Positions 20,197 to 28,679 of a stretch of 64,000 nucleotides of DNA are shown here, piece by piece. Every line of letters starts with the position of its first letter. The first letter of the stretch is position 1. The DNA comes from Candidatus Multivorans sp. (GTDB taxonomy: Bacteria; Acidobacteriota; Thermoanaerobaculia; Multivoradales; Multivoraceae). The DNA lies in assembly GCA_965224025.1 (NCBI GenBank), contig OZ245033.1, positions 3,424,001 through 3,488,000 on the forward strand, in the 5' to 3' direction. The translations under genes and the position numbers were made by a program. The notes under the pieces are model-generated. The model was not told the DNA's origin. It ran no database searches and saw only the letters and a program-made list of their open reading frames with translations.

Positions 20197-21046
20197 CGCG
20201 CCGGAACGCGTCGAGATAGCGCTCCCGGGTCTCGTTCACGACCTCTGGCGTCAGTTCCGGCGGCGGAGAGGCCTTGTCCCAGCCGGTGCCGGCCACCCAG
20301 TCGCGGACCGGCTGTTTGTCGAAGGACACGGGCTCGGCGCCCGGCCTCCAGGCCGCGGCGTCCCAGTAGCGCGACGAGTCCGGAGTCAGAACCTCGTCGA
20401 TCAGCAGCAGTTGGCCGTCGACCAGTCCGAACTCGAACTTCGTGTCCGCCAGGATCAGGCCCCGCTGCGCCGCAGATTCGCGGCCGCGCGTGAAGAGTTC
20501 GAGCGTGAGCCGGCGCAGCGTCGCCGCCATCTCCGCGCCCACGCCGCGGGCAAGGGTGTCGTAGTCGATGTTCTCGTCGTGGCCCTTCTCGGCCTTCGTG
20601 GCCGGCGTGAAGATGGGCTCGTCCAGTTTCTCCGCCCGCCGCATGCCGGCCGGCAGGTCGTGACCGCAGGCCCGGCCGGTCTCCTGGTACTCCTTGAAGG
20701 CGCTGCCGGCAAGATAGCCGCGCGCCACGCACTCATAGGGGACCACCTCCGCCTTGCGCACAAGCGCGGAACGCCCTTCCAGGTAACCGGCGTGCCGCTG
20801 CAGGTCGGCCGGGTAGCGCCGCGCGTCGGTCTCGACCAGGTGACCTTGAATCGTGTCTCCGAGGCGATCGAACCAGAAGTTGGTCAACTGGTTCAGGACC
20901 TTGCCCTTGTCCGGAATCTCCGGCGAGAGCACGAAGTCGTAGGCGGACACGCGGTCGCTGGCCACCAGGAGCAACAGGTCGCCCAGGTCGTAGATGTCCC
21001 GGACCTTGCCGCGGCGGGGCGCCGGAAGGCCCTCTAGAACGTTCAT
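20171..21046 (-). CDS. purC: SAICAR synthetase
   Basis: GKVRDIY, SDRVSAYD, ECVARGY, ADTKFEFG and DEVLTPDSSR motifs. Confidence 0.97.
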   Translation of the reverse strand: MNVLEGLPAPRRGKVRDIYDLGDLLLLVASDRVSAYDFVLSPEIPDKGKVLNQLTNFWFDRLGDTIQGHLVETDARRYPADLQRHAGYLEGRSALVRKAEVVPYECVARGYLAGSAFKEYQETGRACGHDLPAGMRRAEKLDEPIFTPATKAEKGHDENIDYDTLARGVGAEMAATLRRLTLELFTRGRESAAQRGLILADTKFEFGLVDGQLLLIDEVLTPDSSRYWDAAAWRPGAEPVSFDKQPVRDWVAGTGWDKASPPPELTPEVVNETRERYLDAFRRVTGRDPVL

Positions 21047-21175
21047 GGCGGCGGCAATGTAGCATGGCGTCTCCGCTCGCAGTCGGCCCTTGATTTCCTT
21101 GCCCGAGAGGGCGAACCGCAAGGAGGCAATCGTGGAGAACCGGTCGTCCCGGGGAAGCAGTCGGTAGCGGCGGGC

Positions 21176-22807
21176 GTGCGATACGACGTCCAGACCTTCC
21201 GCGGCGACCTGTTCGGCGCACTGACCTCGACCGTCGTCGCGCTGCCCGTCGCTTTGGCCCTGGGCGTCGCCTCGGGCATGGGGGCGGCTGCCGGGCTGCA
21301 CGGCGCGATTGCAGTCGGTTTCTTTGCCGCCGTATTCGGCGGCACGCGGTCCCAGATCTCCGGTCCCACGGCACCGATGACCGTCGCCATGACGGTCATC
21401 CTCACCACCCACGCATCGAATCTAACCGAGGCGCTGACGGTGGTCGTGCTCGGGGGCCTGCTCCAGATGCTCCTCGGGCTGGCGAAGGTCGGGCGCTACG
21501 TGGTCTACACGCCCTATGTCGTCGTGTCAGGTTTCATGTCGGGCATCGGCATCGTCGTCATCCTGATCCAGATCCTGCCGATGCTCGGGGCGCCGCCCGC
21601 CCCGGGAGGCCCCATGGGCGCGATCCGAGAGTTCCCGGAGGCGGCGGGCGTCGTGAACGTGGATGCGCTCGGGCTCGGCCTGACTACACTTGCCGTGGGC
21701 GTGCTCTGGCCGCGTCGGCTCGCGAAGTACCTGCCCGGCCCGTTGCTGGCTCTGATCGTGGGCACGCTCCTCGGTGTGCTCTGGTTCAGCGGCGCGCCGA
21801 TTCTCGGCCACGTGCCGGCCGGTCTGCCGACCTTGAAGATCGGGATGCCCGCCGCGGGTTTTCTCCTGCACGCGCTTCAGCCGGCTCTGATTCTCGCCCT
21901 GCTGGGTTCCGTCGCCAGTTTGCTTACCTCCTTGGTGGCGGACTCGCTCACCGGCACCCGGCACAAGCCGAACCGCGAACTGGTGGGGCAGGGCATCGGC
22001 AACATGGTCTCGGGGTTGCTGGGAGGCCTGCCGGGCGCCGGCGCCACGATGGGAACGGTGGTCAACATCCGCGCCGGCGGCTCGACGCGGCTCTCCGGCG
22101 CGCTGCGGGCGACGTTCCTGCTCCTGCTTGCGGTGGGGCTCGGACCGATCGTCGAGCCCGTTCCTCACGCAGTGCTGGCCGCCATCATGATGAAGGTCGG
22201 CTGGGACATCATCGACTGGCCTCTGATGGCGCGCGTCCATCGGATTCGCCGCGAGCACCTGTTGGTCATGCTGTTGACGCTGGGGCTGACCGTGTTCGTC
22301 GACCTGGTGACGGCGGTGGCGGTCGGCCTGATCGCTGCGGGAATGGCCCATGCTCGGCGGCTGGAGCGGCTCGAACTGGACAGTGTGGTGTCCGTGCCGC
22401 TTCTCGACCGCACGTTCTTCACCGAGGAGCAGGGATTGCCGGCAGCGGATCGGTATTCGGCGCGCGTTGGCCTCGTGGCGCTCAAGGGAACGTTCACGGT
22501 GGCCTCCTCGAACAAGCTGGTTTCGGTGATCGGAGGAGACATCAAGGATCACGAAGTGGTCATCTTCGACTTCTCCGAGACGGTACATCTCGATGACAGC
22601 GCCGCCATGGTGATGCGGCGCCTCTTCGAAGTGGCCGCCGCGGAGCGGACCGACGTGGTCATTGCCGGCGTTTCCGGTTCCGTCGCCAGGACGCTGCGGA
22701 CACTCGACATACTCCGGGGCATCGCGAAGGACCGCCTGACAGGGACCCTGGAAGAGGCGCGAACGGTCGCCTACGATCTGCTGAATGAGAGGTCCGCGAC
22801 GGGATAG
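21176..22807 (+). CDS. SulP/SLC26 inorganic anion transporter (BicA-like) with STAS domain
   Basis: VALPVALALGVASG, ISGPT.P, NRELVGQGIGN and GLPGAGATMGT motifs; C-terminal STAS. Confidence 0.93.
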   Translation: MRYDVQTFRGDLFGALTSTVVALPVALALGVASGMGAAAGLHGAIAVGFFAAVFGGTRSQISGPTAPMTVAMTVILTTHASNLTEALTVVVLGGLLQMLLGLAKVGRYVVYTPYVVVSGFMSGIGIVVILIQILPMLGAPPAPGGPMGAIREFPEAAGVVNVDALGLGLTTLAVGVLWPRRLAKYLPGPLLALIVGTLLGVLWFSGAPILGHVPAGLPTLKIGMPAAGFLLHALQPALILALLGSVASLLTSLVADSLTGTRHKPNRELVGQGIGNMVSGLLGGLPGAGATMGTVVNIRAGGSTRLSGALRATFLLLLAVGLGPIVEPVPHAVLAAIMMKVGWDIIDWPLMARVHRIRREHLLVMLLTLGLTVFVDLVTAVAVGLIAAGMAHARRLERLELDSVVSVPLLDRTFFTEEQGLPAADRYSARVGLVALKGTFTVASSNKLVSVIGGDIKDHEVVIFDFSETVHLDDSAAMVMRRLFEVAAAERTDVVIAGVSGSVARTLRTLDILRGIAKDRLTGTLEEARTVAYDLLNERSATG

Positions 22808-22982
22808 TGTGTGGCCGGTTCCGACCCGCGGGTCGGGGATCGCGCGGCTCGGAAAGGCGACGCCTGAGGAGTCGGGGCATAGGGTTGGTGAAACAACCTC
22901 GCGCCTCTCGCGTCAAAGAGGGAGACACGATGCGTGGCGGCCGTTGCGGCCGGGACGCGTTCGAAGGAAGGAACGTAGCCCG

Positions 22983-24674
22983 ATGAACCTGTTCCCTGTA
23001 CAGCGAGTCCTAACGGTGACGATCGCCGCGCTCTGTGGCGCTCTCACCCTGCCTGCGGCGTCGACCTCGCCGGCGGCAGCGCAGGTGCGGGTGGGCTCGA
23101 CCTGGATCACCCGACCGGTCGTGCCCGATCTGGACATTGCCGATCGGCAGCTTCGCCTGGACCTGGACGAGGCGATCGCGATCGCGCTGCAGAACAACCT
23201 CGGTCTGCTGGTGCAGCGCTACCAGCGGTCGCAGTCGCTGTTCCGGATCAATCAGGAGTACGGCATGTACGACCTGGTGCTCGGGGTCAACGGCAACGTG
23301 AACAGCGACAGCCGTCCGTCCGCCTCCCAACTCGACGGCGCCACCGTGACCCAGAACGAGACGATCACCGCGAACGTCGAGTTGCGGCAGCCGATCTCGA
23401 CCGGCGGCGACTTCACGATCGACTTCCAGAACAGCCGTTCCGAGTCGAACTCGCGCTTTTCCGACATCAACCCCAGTCTGCGGTCGAGCCTGACGTTCGC
23501 CTTCAACCAGCCTCTGCTCAGGAATCGCGGCAAGAAGATCACGGAGCGCAATCTCGCGGTGGCGCGGCTCAGCAGCGACATCAGCCTGGAGGATCTGGAG
23601 GTCCAGGTCGTCGACACGGTACAGACGGTGGCGAACGGCTACTGGGCTCTTGTCGAAGGCCTGGAGCAGTTCAAGGTAGCCGAGGAGAGTCTGGCCCTGG
23701 CCGAGGAACTCCACGAGATGAATCGGATCCAGATCGAGGTGGGGACGCTGGCGCCGCTCGAACTCGTGCAGAGCGAAGCCGGTATCGCCACCCGTGAGGA
23801 GGAGATCATCCGTGTGCAGGCGCAGATTCAGGACGCGGCGGACGAACTCAGGCGGTTGCTCAATCTGGACGAGGCGTCGTTCTGGGATCTGGAGATCGTG
23901 CCGACAACCTCGCCGGAAATTGCCCGCGTCGTCATCGACCTGGAGGCTTCGCTGAGCTGGGCGCTCGATCGGCGGGCCGAGATCGACCGTCAGGAGCATC
24001 AGATCGCATCCCTGGTGATCGATTCGGAGTTCCTGAGGAACCAGGGGCGGCCCGACCTCAACCTGAGCGTGAGCTACGGGCGCAACGCGCTCGGCGGCGA
24101 GCGGATGACGTGCGAGCGGCCCGGTGAGCCCAGCATCGCCGATCTGTTCTCGCCGTGTCCCGAGGAGTACATTCAGACGGACTCGCTCGACTACTTTTCG
24201 ACCCTGGGCCAGTTCTACAGCGGCATTCTGGGACAGGTCTTCGAGGGCTGGAACGTCGGCCTGAACTTCTCGAAGCCGCTCCAGAACCGGTCGGCCAGGG
24301 CCCAGAGCCGGATCGCCGAACTGGCGCTGGATCAGGGGCGGCTTGAACTCCAGGACGTGATGCTGTCGATCCGTACCGAGGTCCGTACCGCCGCCCGTTC
24401 GGTGGAGACCGCGGGCAAGCAGATCGACTCCGCCCGGGTGTCGCGCGAGTTGGCGGAGAAGAACCTCGATGCGGCACAGAAGCGCTACGAGAACGGACTC
24501 TGGACGAGCTTCCAGGTGCTTGAGATCCAGGAGGATCTGACTGCGGCGCGAAGCCGTGAAGTCGAGGCGATCACGGGCTACCGGCGCGCCTTGCTTGCCT
24601 ACTTCAAGGCGATCGGCATGCTGCTGGACCAGAAGGGCATCGAACTAGTCGACGACGCCGAAGCCGGCAACTGA
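22983..24674 (+). CDS. TolC-family outer membrane efflux protein
   Basis: Signal peptide; L.LDEAI..AL.NN, FNQPLLRNRG and RYENGL..FQVL..Q motifs. Confidence 0.88.
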   Translation: MNLFPVQRVLTVTIAALCGALTLPAASTSPAAAQVRVGSTWITRPVVPDLDIADRQLRLDLDEAIAIALQNNLGLLVQRYQRSQSLFRINQEYGMYDLVLGVNGNVNSDSRPSASQLDGATVTQNETITANVELRQPISTGGDFTIDFQNSRSESNSRFSDINPSLRSSLTFAFNQPLLRNRGKKITERNLAVARLSSDISLEDLEVQVVDTVQTVANGYWALVEGLEQFKVAEESLALAEELHEMNRIQIEVGTLAPLELVQSEAGIATREEEIIRVQAQIQDAADELRRLLNLDEASFWDLEIVPTTSPEIARVVIDLEASLSWALDRRAEIDRQEHQIASLVIDSEFLRNQGRPDLNLSVSYGRNALGGERMTCERPGEPSIADLFSPCPEEYIQTDSLDYFSTLGQFYSGILGQVFEGWNVGLNFSKPLQNRSARAQSRIAELALDQGRLELQDVMLSIRTEVRTAARSVETAGKQIDSARVSRELAEKNLDAAQKRYENGLWTSFQVLEIQEDLTAARSREVEAITGYRRALLAYFKAIGMLLDQKGIELVDDAEAGN

Positions 24675-24694
24675 CGCGCACGGAAGCGCGGCGC

Positions 24695-24757
24695 TGGTGC
24701 CGGAGGTGGGAGTCGAACCCACACGCCCGTAGAGGGCGCAGGGTCATTGGAGTCCCC
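24695..24757 (-). pseudogene. tRNA-Leu 3'-half duplicate (att-like scar)
   Basis: 24695-24728 is identical to 24785-24818 (34 bp); degenerate similarity continues to the anticodon stem; no D-arm or 5' acceptor strand. Confidence 0.8.
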
Positions 24758-24784
24758 GCAGGGGACCCCTTCAAGGGGCAGCGT

Positions 24785-24871
24785 TGGTGCCGGAGGTGGG
24801 AGTCGAACCCACACGCCCAGTTAGGGCGGGGGATTTTGAGTCCCCTGCGTCTGCCATTCCGCCACTCCGGC
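24785..24871 (-). tRNA. tRNA-Leu(CAA)
   Basis: GGGGA-CTCAAAA-TCCCC; variable arm; CCA end. Confidence 0.96.
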
Positions 24872-25021
24872 ATGGAAATCCGCACCCTGCGGGCGCCGCG
24901 GCGACGGTGGCGGAGAGTAGCATCGACGCGGTGCAACTTCCAGTGCTGGAGCTGCAAAGTCTGGACCCTCAACGACTTAGAGCCGGCGTCTCGAGCAAGG
25001 CGCAAATGGAGCGGGAACGGC

Positions 25022-25050
25022 TTGACGTTCTGAGCCCTCTAGGCTACAAT
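25022..25050 (+). promoter_or_regulatory. Near-consensus sigma-70 promoter upstream of carD
   Basis: TTGACG-N17-TACAAT. Confidence 0.7.
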
Positions 25051-25190
25051 CCGCGCCCGTTAACTGTGTGGCTATCCGTAACTTAGAGATATCCAGACCA
25101 CCAACTGGCGGCCGATCTCGTAACTGCATTCAAGGTTCCGGCGATGTTTGCCGAGACGGGCGACTGCCATGTGTCTGAAGGGGGTCCAGA

Positions 25191-25706
25191 GTGTTCCGAG
25201 TCGGTGAAAAGGTCGTATACCCCAACCACGGCGTGAGCATGGTGGAACGCATCGCGCTGGGCGCCCCGGACGGCGGGGAGAAGCAAACCTACTACCACCT
25301 GCGGGTGCTGGGCAACGACTCGAAGGTGATGGTGCCGGAGGAAAACCTGGACCGCGTGGGCCTGCGGCGTCTGGCCAAGTCGCGGGAGATCAAGGACCTG
25401 CTGCGGTTGATCGCGGACGGCAACATCGATGTCTACAAGGACTGGAAGGGCCGCTACAAGCAGAACCTCGACAAGATGCGGACCGGCTCCCTGACTGACG
25501 CCGCCCAGGTGCTCAAGAACCTCCGCCTGGTGAGTCAGAAGAAGAGCCTGTCGTTCCGCGAGAAGAAGATGTACGAGAAGGCGAAGTACTTCATCGTCAG
25601 CGAGGTTCTGCACGTCAGAGAGATCGGCGAAGAGGAAGCGGAGGTGCTGGTCGAGAAGGCGCTCACGGGCAGCCTCGAAAAGATCTCCAAGGCCAAGGCC
25701 AGTTGA
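25191..25706 (+). CDS. carD: CarD-family transcription factor
   Basis: F.VGEKVVYPNHGV, VMVP...VGLR and WKGRYK.N..K motifs. Confidence 0.93.
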   Translation: MFRVGEKVVYPNHGVSMVERIALGAPDGGEKQTYYHLRVLGNDSKVMVPEENLDRVGLRRLAKSREIKDLLRLIADGNIDVYKDWKGRYKQNLDKMRTGSLTDAAQVLKNLRLVSQKKSLSFREKKMYEKAKYFIVSEVLHVREIGEEEAEVLVEKALTGSLEKISKAKAS

Positions 25707-25818
25707 GGCTCTCGGGCCGCGACGCTTCCTGCCTCTAGCAACCAGGGCCACGACAGGCCGGATTCGACAGGGCGGTCGGGGATCGGCAGGGGAATACGAG
25801 CGAGGGCTGATGTAGATC

Positions 25819-26214
25819 GTGACAAAGCTCCTCGTCATCCTGATTGCCGTGCTGGTGGCGTGGATGTGGATCTCGCGGATGGTCCGCGGGCTGCTGCGGT
25901 CGCCGCGAACCGCCGAGGCGCGCTCCTTCCTGCGCCTGCTCCAGGTATTGCAACGGTCCGCGGCCGGCACTCCCGGTACGGGCCGGACCGGAGGCAGCCG
26001 GAGTGCACGCGGTACGGCCGGCGGTCGCCCGACTGGAGGCTCCGAGCACGACTCCGGGGCGACTCGCGGCCCGGGACGGACAAGCGCGCTGCTTCGGTGC
26101 CGGCGTTGCGGCGTTCACGTGCCTGAAGTTCAGTTGACCGCCGGCGTATGCGGCAACTGCGTCGAGGAGGACCGGGCCGGCAGTGGGACCGCGCCGCAGA
26201 ACGGAACGAAGTGA
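25819..26214 (+). CDS. Small membrane-anchored protein with C-terminal CxxC...CxxC (PP0621-like)
   Basis: N-terminal TM; LLRCRRCGVHVP....CGNC; stop overlaps the priA start. Confidence 0.6.
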   Translation: MTKLLVILIAVLVAWMWISRMVRGLLRSPRTAEARSFLRLLQVLQRSAAGTPGTGRTGGSRSARGTAGGRPTGGSEHDSGATRGPGRTSALLRCRRCGVHVPEVQLTAGVCGNCVEEDRAGSGTAPQNGTK

Positions 26215-28679
26215 GTTCGGCAACGCAGCCGCGGGATGCCGGGATCTGCGCCGCCGGAGGCGAGTACGCCGAAGTCGCGGTGCCGCTGCCGCTGCCCGAT
26301 CCCCTGACCTACAGCGTACCCGGGCGCTGGAGCGGCCTGGTCCGAGTCGGCGTCCGCGTGCGGGTACCCGTGGGCAAGCGGCGCCTGACGGGCTGGATCG
26401 TGGGCCTTCCGGCCCGCCCCCCGACCGGCGTCGAAACCCAACTGCGCCCGATCGAGTCGGTCGTCGACCTGGAACCCGTCCTGCCGGACGACCTGATGGA
26501 GATCGCGCGCTTCGCGTCTTCCTACTACTCCGCGCCGATCGGCGAAGTACTGAAGAACATGGTTCCCGGCCAGCTCACCGGCTGGGGCGACCGGCGCGCG
26601 GAACTCACCAACCGCGGCGCGCTCCACGACTGGCGCGACCCGCTGAGTCAGGCCCTGCAACGACTGCTCCTGGATCGGGGCCGCCTGACGCTGGCGACGA
26701 TCTGGAACGAGATCGGGGAGGCGACGCTCTTCGATCGGATCGAGAGCTGGCGGGAGAGCGGCCGCATCAGGCTGTACGAACCCGGCAGCCGAAGTTCCCG
26801 CTACCGTGCGGCCGTGGAACTGCCGCCGGGGGACCGCGAGGCCCAGCTTCAGGCCTGCGGGCGGTCTCCGGCGGGCCGCCTCGTGGTCGAGTACCTCGCG
26901 GAACTGAACCGGCCGGCGACGCTGGAGGAGTTGCGTTCGCAGACCGGTGCTTCGGCGGCGGTCGTGCGACGCCTGGGACGACTTGGCGTTCTCCGCTCCT
27001 TTACCCAGATCGAAACGATGGATCTGGCCCGCCATCGTCTGGCCGGCGATGGCGAGGCGGCGCCGATCGAACTGCGCCCGGACCAGGCGGTTGCCGCCGA
27101 CGAACTCGTGGCCGCGGTCCGGAGCGGGCAGTTCCGGCCCTGCTTCCTGGGCGGCATGACCGGATCCGGCAAGACCGAGGTCTACCTTCAAGCCGCTCGG
27201 GCGGCGGTCGGGGAGGACCGGTCCGTCATCGTTCTGGTGCCGGAGATCGCCCTGGTGCCGGCACTTGCGCGGACGCTGAAGGAACGCTTCGGCGACCTGG
27301 TCGCCCTGTTGCACTCGAACCTCGGCAGCGCCGAGCGCCAACAGGAGTGGGAGCGCATCCGCGGCGGCGACTGCCGGGTCGTCGTCGGTCCCCGGTCGGC
27401 CGTCTTTGCTCCCGTTCGGAACCTGGGCCTGATCGTGGTGGACGAGGAGCAGGACGCGGCCTACAAGCAGGACACGCGTCCCCGGTACAGCGGCCGGGAC
27501 CTGGCCCTGGTGCGGGCCCGCTCGTGCTCCGCGGCCGCCGTGCTGGTCTCCGCGACACCGAGTCTGGAAACCCGCTTGAACGTCGAGCGCGGTCGCTATC
27601 GCCACCTCCGGCTAACCGCCAGGGTCGGGTCGGGTTCGCTTCCCGAACCGATCCTGGTCGACCTCCGCAAGGAAGCCGGGGGCCCCCGCCGGCCGGGCGA
27701 CGTGACTTTCTCCCAGCCGCTAGTCGACCAGATCACGCACAGCCTGGAGCGAGGAGAGCAGGTGATCCTGCTGCGGAACCGGCGGGGCTACTCGCCGCAA
27801 CTGCTGTGTCGGGCCTGCGGCGAGAACATGCCCTGTGAGGACTGTGGTTTGCCCAAGAGCTTTCACCGCCGGGAGCGAAGACTGATCTGCCACTACTGCG
27901 GCGCCCGCGAGGACGTGCCGCGGCTCTGCCCCGACTGCGGCGAGGACGCCCTGCAGCCGATCGGCGCCGGCACGGAGAGGGTGGAGGAGGAAGTCCTGGC
28001 GCGGTTTCCGGGCGCCGTCGTGGACGTACTGGACCGGGACGCGACTCGGCGCGTCGGAGGCGCCACGGCGGTCCTGGAGAAGTTCCGCGGTGGTCGCACC
28101 CAGATCCTGATCGGCACCCAGATGGTGTCCAAGGGACACCACTTCCCCGACGTTGCGCTCGCGGCGGTACTCGCCGCGGACTCCTACCTCGGGTTTCCGG
28201 ACTTCCGGGCGGCGGAACGCAGCTACGCCATGCTCACGCAGCTTGCCGGGCGGGCCGGTCGCGGCGAACGTTCCGGCCGGTTCGTGATCCAGACGTACCA
28301 TCCGGATCACTATGCGATCCAGGCGGTGCTGAACGGAGATGAGGACGCCTTTGCCAGCCAGGAGATGCGGTTTCGCCGGGTGTTCCACTACCCGCCGTTC
28401 ACCCGCATGGTCCAGATCGTGGTCCGGGATCGGGACCGTGAACGCGGTTGGGGCCGGATCAGGGAGCTTGCAGGGGCCGCCCGTGCCCACCCGCTGGCCG
28501 CCGGCGTGCGCTTTTCGGGTCCCGCTCCGGCGCCGCTCGAGCGCCTCAAGGGGCAGTGGCGGTTTCAATTCCTGATGCGCTCGGGGAGCGGCGCGGACGT
28601 GCGGGGGCTGACCCGTGCCGTCGTGCCGGCGCCGGCGGTGGATCTGGCCGTAGATGTTGATCCGCAGGATCTGATGTGA
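26211..28679 (+). CDS. priA: Primosomal protein N'
   Basis: G.TGSGKTE, VVDEEQD, SATPS, Cys-rich region, GTQM and QLAGRAGR motifs. Confidence 0.96.
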   Translation: MSSATQPRDAGICAAGGEYAEVAVPLPLPDPLTYSVPGRWSGLVRVGVRVRVPVGKRRLTGWIVGLPARPPTGVETQLRPIESVVDLEPVLPDDLMEIARFASSYYSAPIGEVLKNMVPGQLTGWGDRRAELTNRGALHDWRDPLSQALQRLLLDRGRLTLATIWNEIGEATLFDRIESWRESGRIRLYEPGSRSSRYRAAVELPPGDREAQLQACGRSPAGRLVVEYLAELNRPATLEELRSQTGASAAVVRRLGRLGVLRSFTQIETMDLARHRLAGDGEAAPIELRPDQAVAADELVAAVRSGQFRPCFLGGMTGSGKTEVYLQAARAAVGEDRSVIVLVPEIALVPALARTLKERFGDLVALLHSNLGSAERQQEWERIRGGDCRVVVGPRSAVFAPVRNLGLIVVDEEQDAAYKQDTRPRYSGRDLALVRARSCSAAAVLVSATPSLETRLNVERGRYRHLRLTARVGSGSLPEPILVDLRKEAGGPRRPGDVTFSQPLVDQITHSLERGEQVILLRNRRGYSPQLLCRACGENMPCEDCGLPKSFHRRERRLICHYCGAREDVPRLCPDCGEDALQPIGAGTERVEEEVLARFPGAVVDVLDRDATRRVGGATAVLEKFRGGRTQILIGTQMVSKGHHFPDVALAAVLAADSYLGFPDFRAAERSYAMLTQLAGRAGRGERSGRFVIQTYHPDHYAIQAVLNGDEDAFASQEMRFRRVFHYPPFTRMVQIVVRDRDRERGWGRIRELAGAARAHPLAAGVRFSGPAPAPLERLKGQWRFQFLMRSGSGADVRGLTRAVVPAPAVDLAVDVDPQDLM

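Noticed and set aside
22883-22898. GTGAAACA, a parS half-site
   Set aside because: The other half (TGTTTCAC) is absent; only a short GGTTG/CAACC hairpin is present.
24695-24818. 34-bp direct repeats as a mini CRISPR array
   Set aside because: Two copies only, they match a tRNA 3' end, and there are no cas genes.
24967-24979. IHF-like site (CCTCAACGACTTA)
   Set aside because: Two mismatches to WATCAANNNNTTR; too weak to call.
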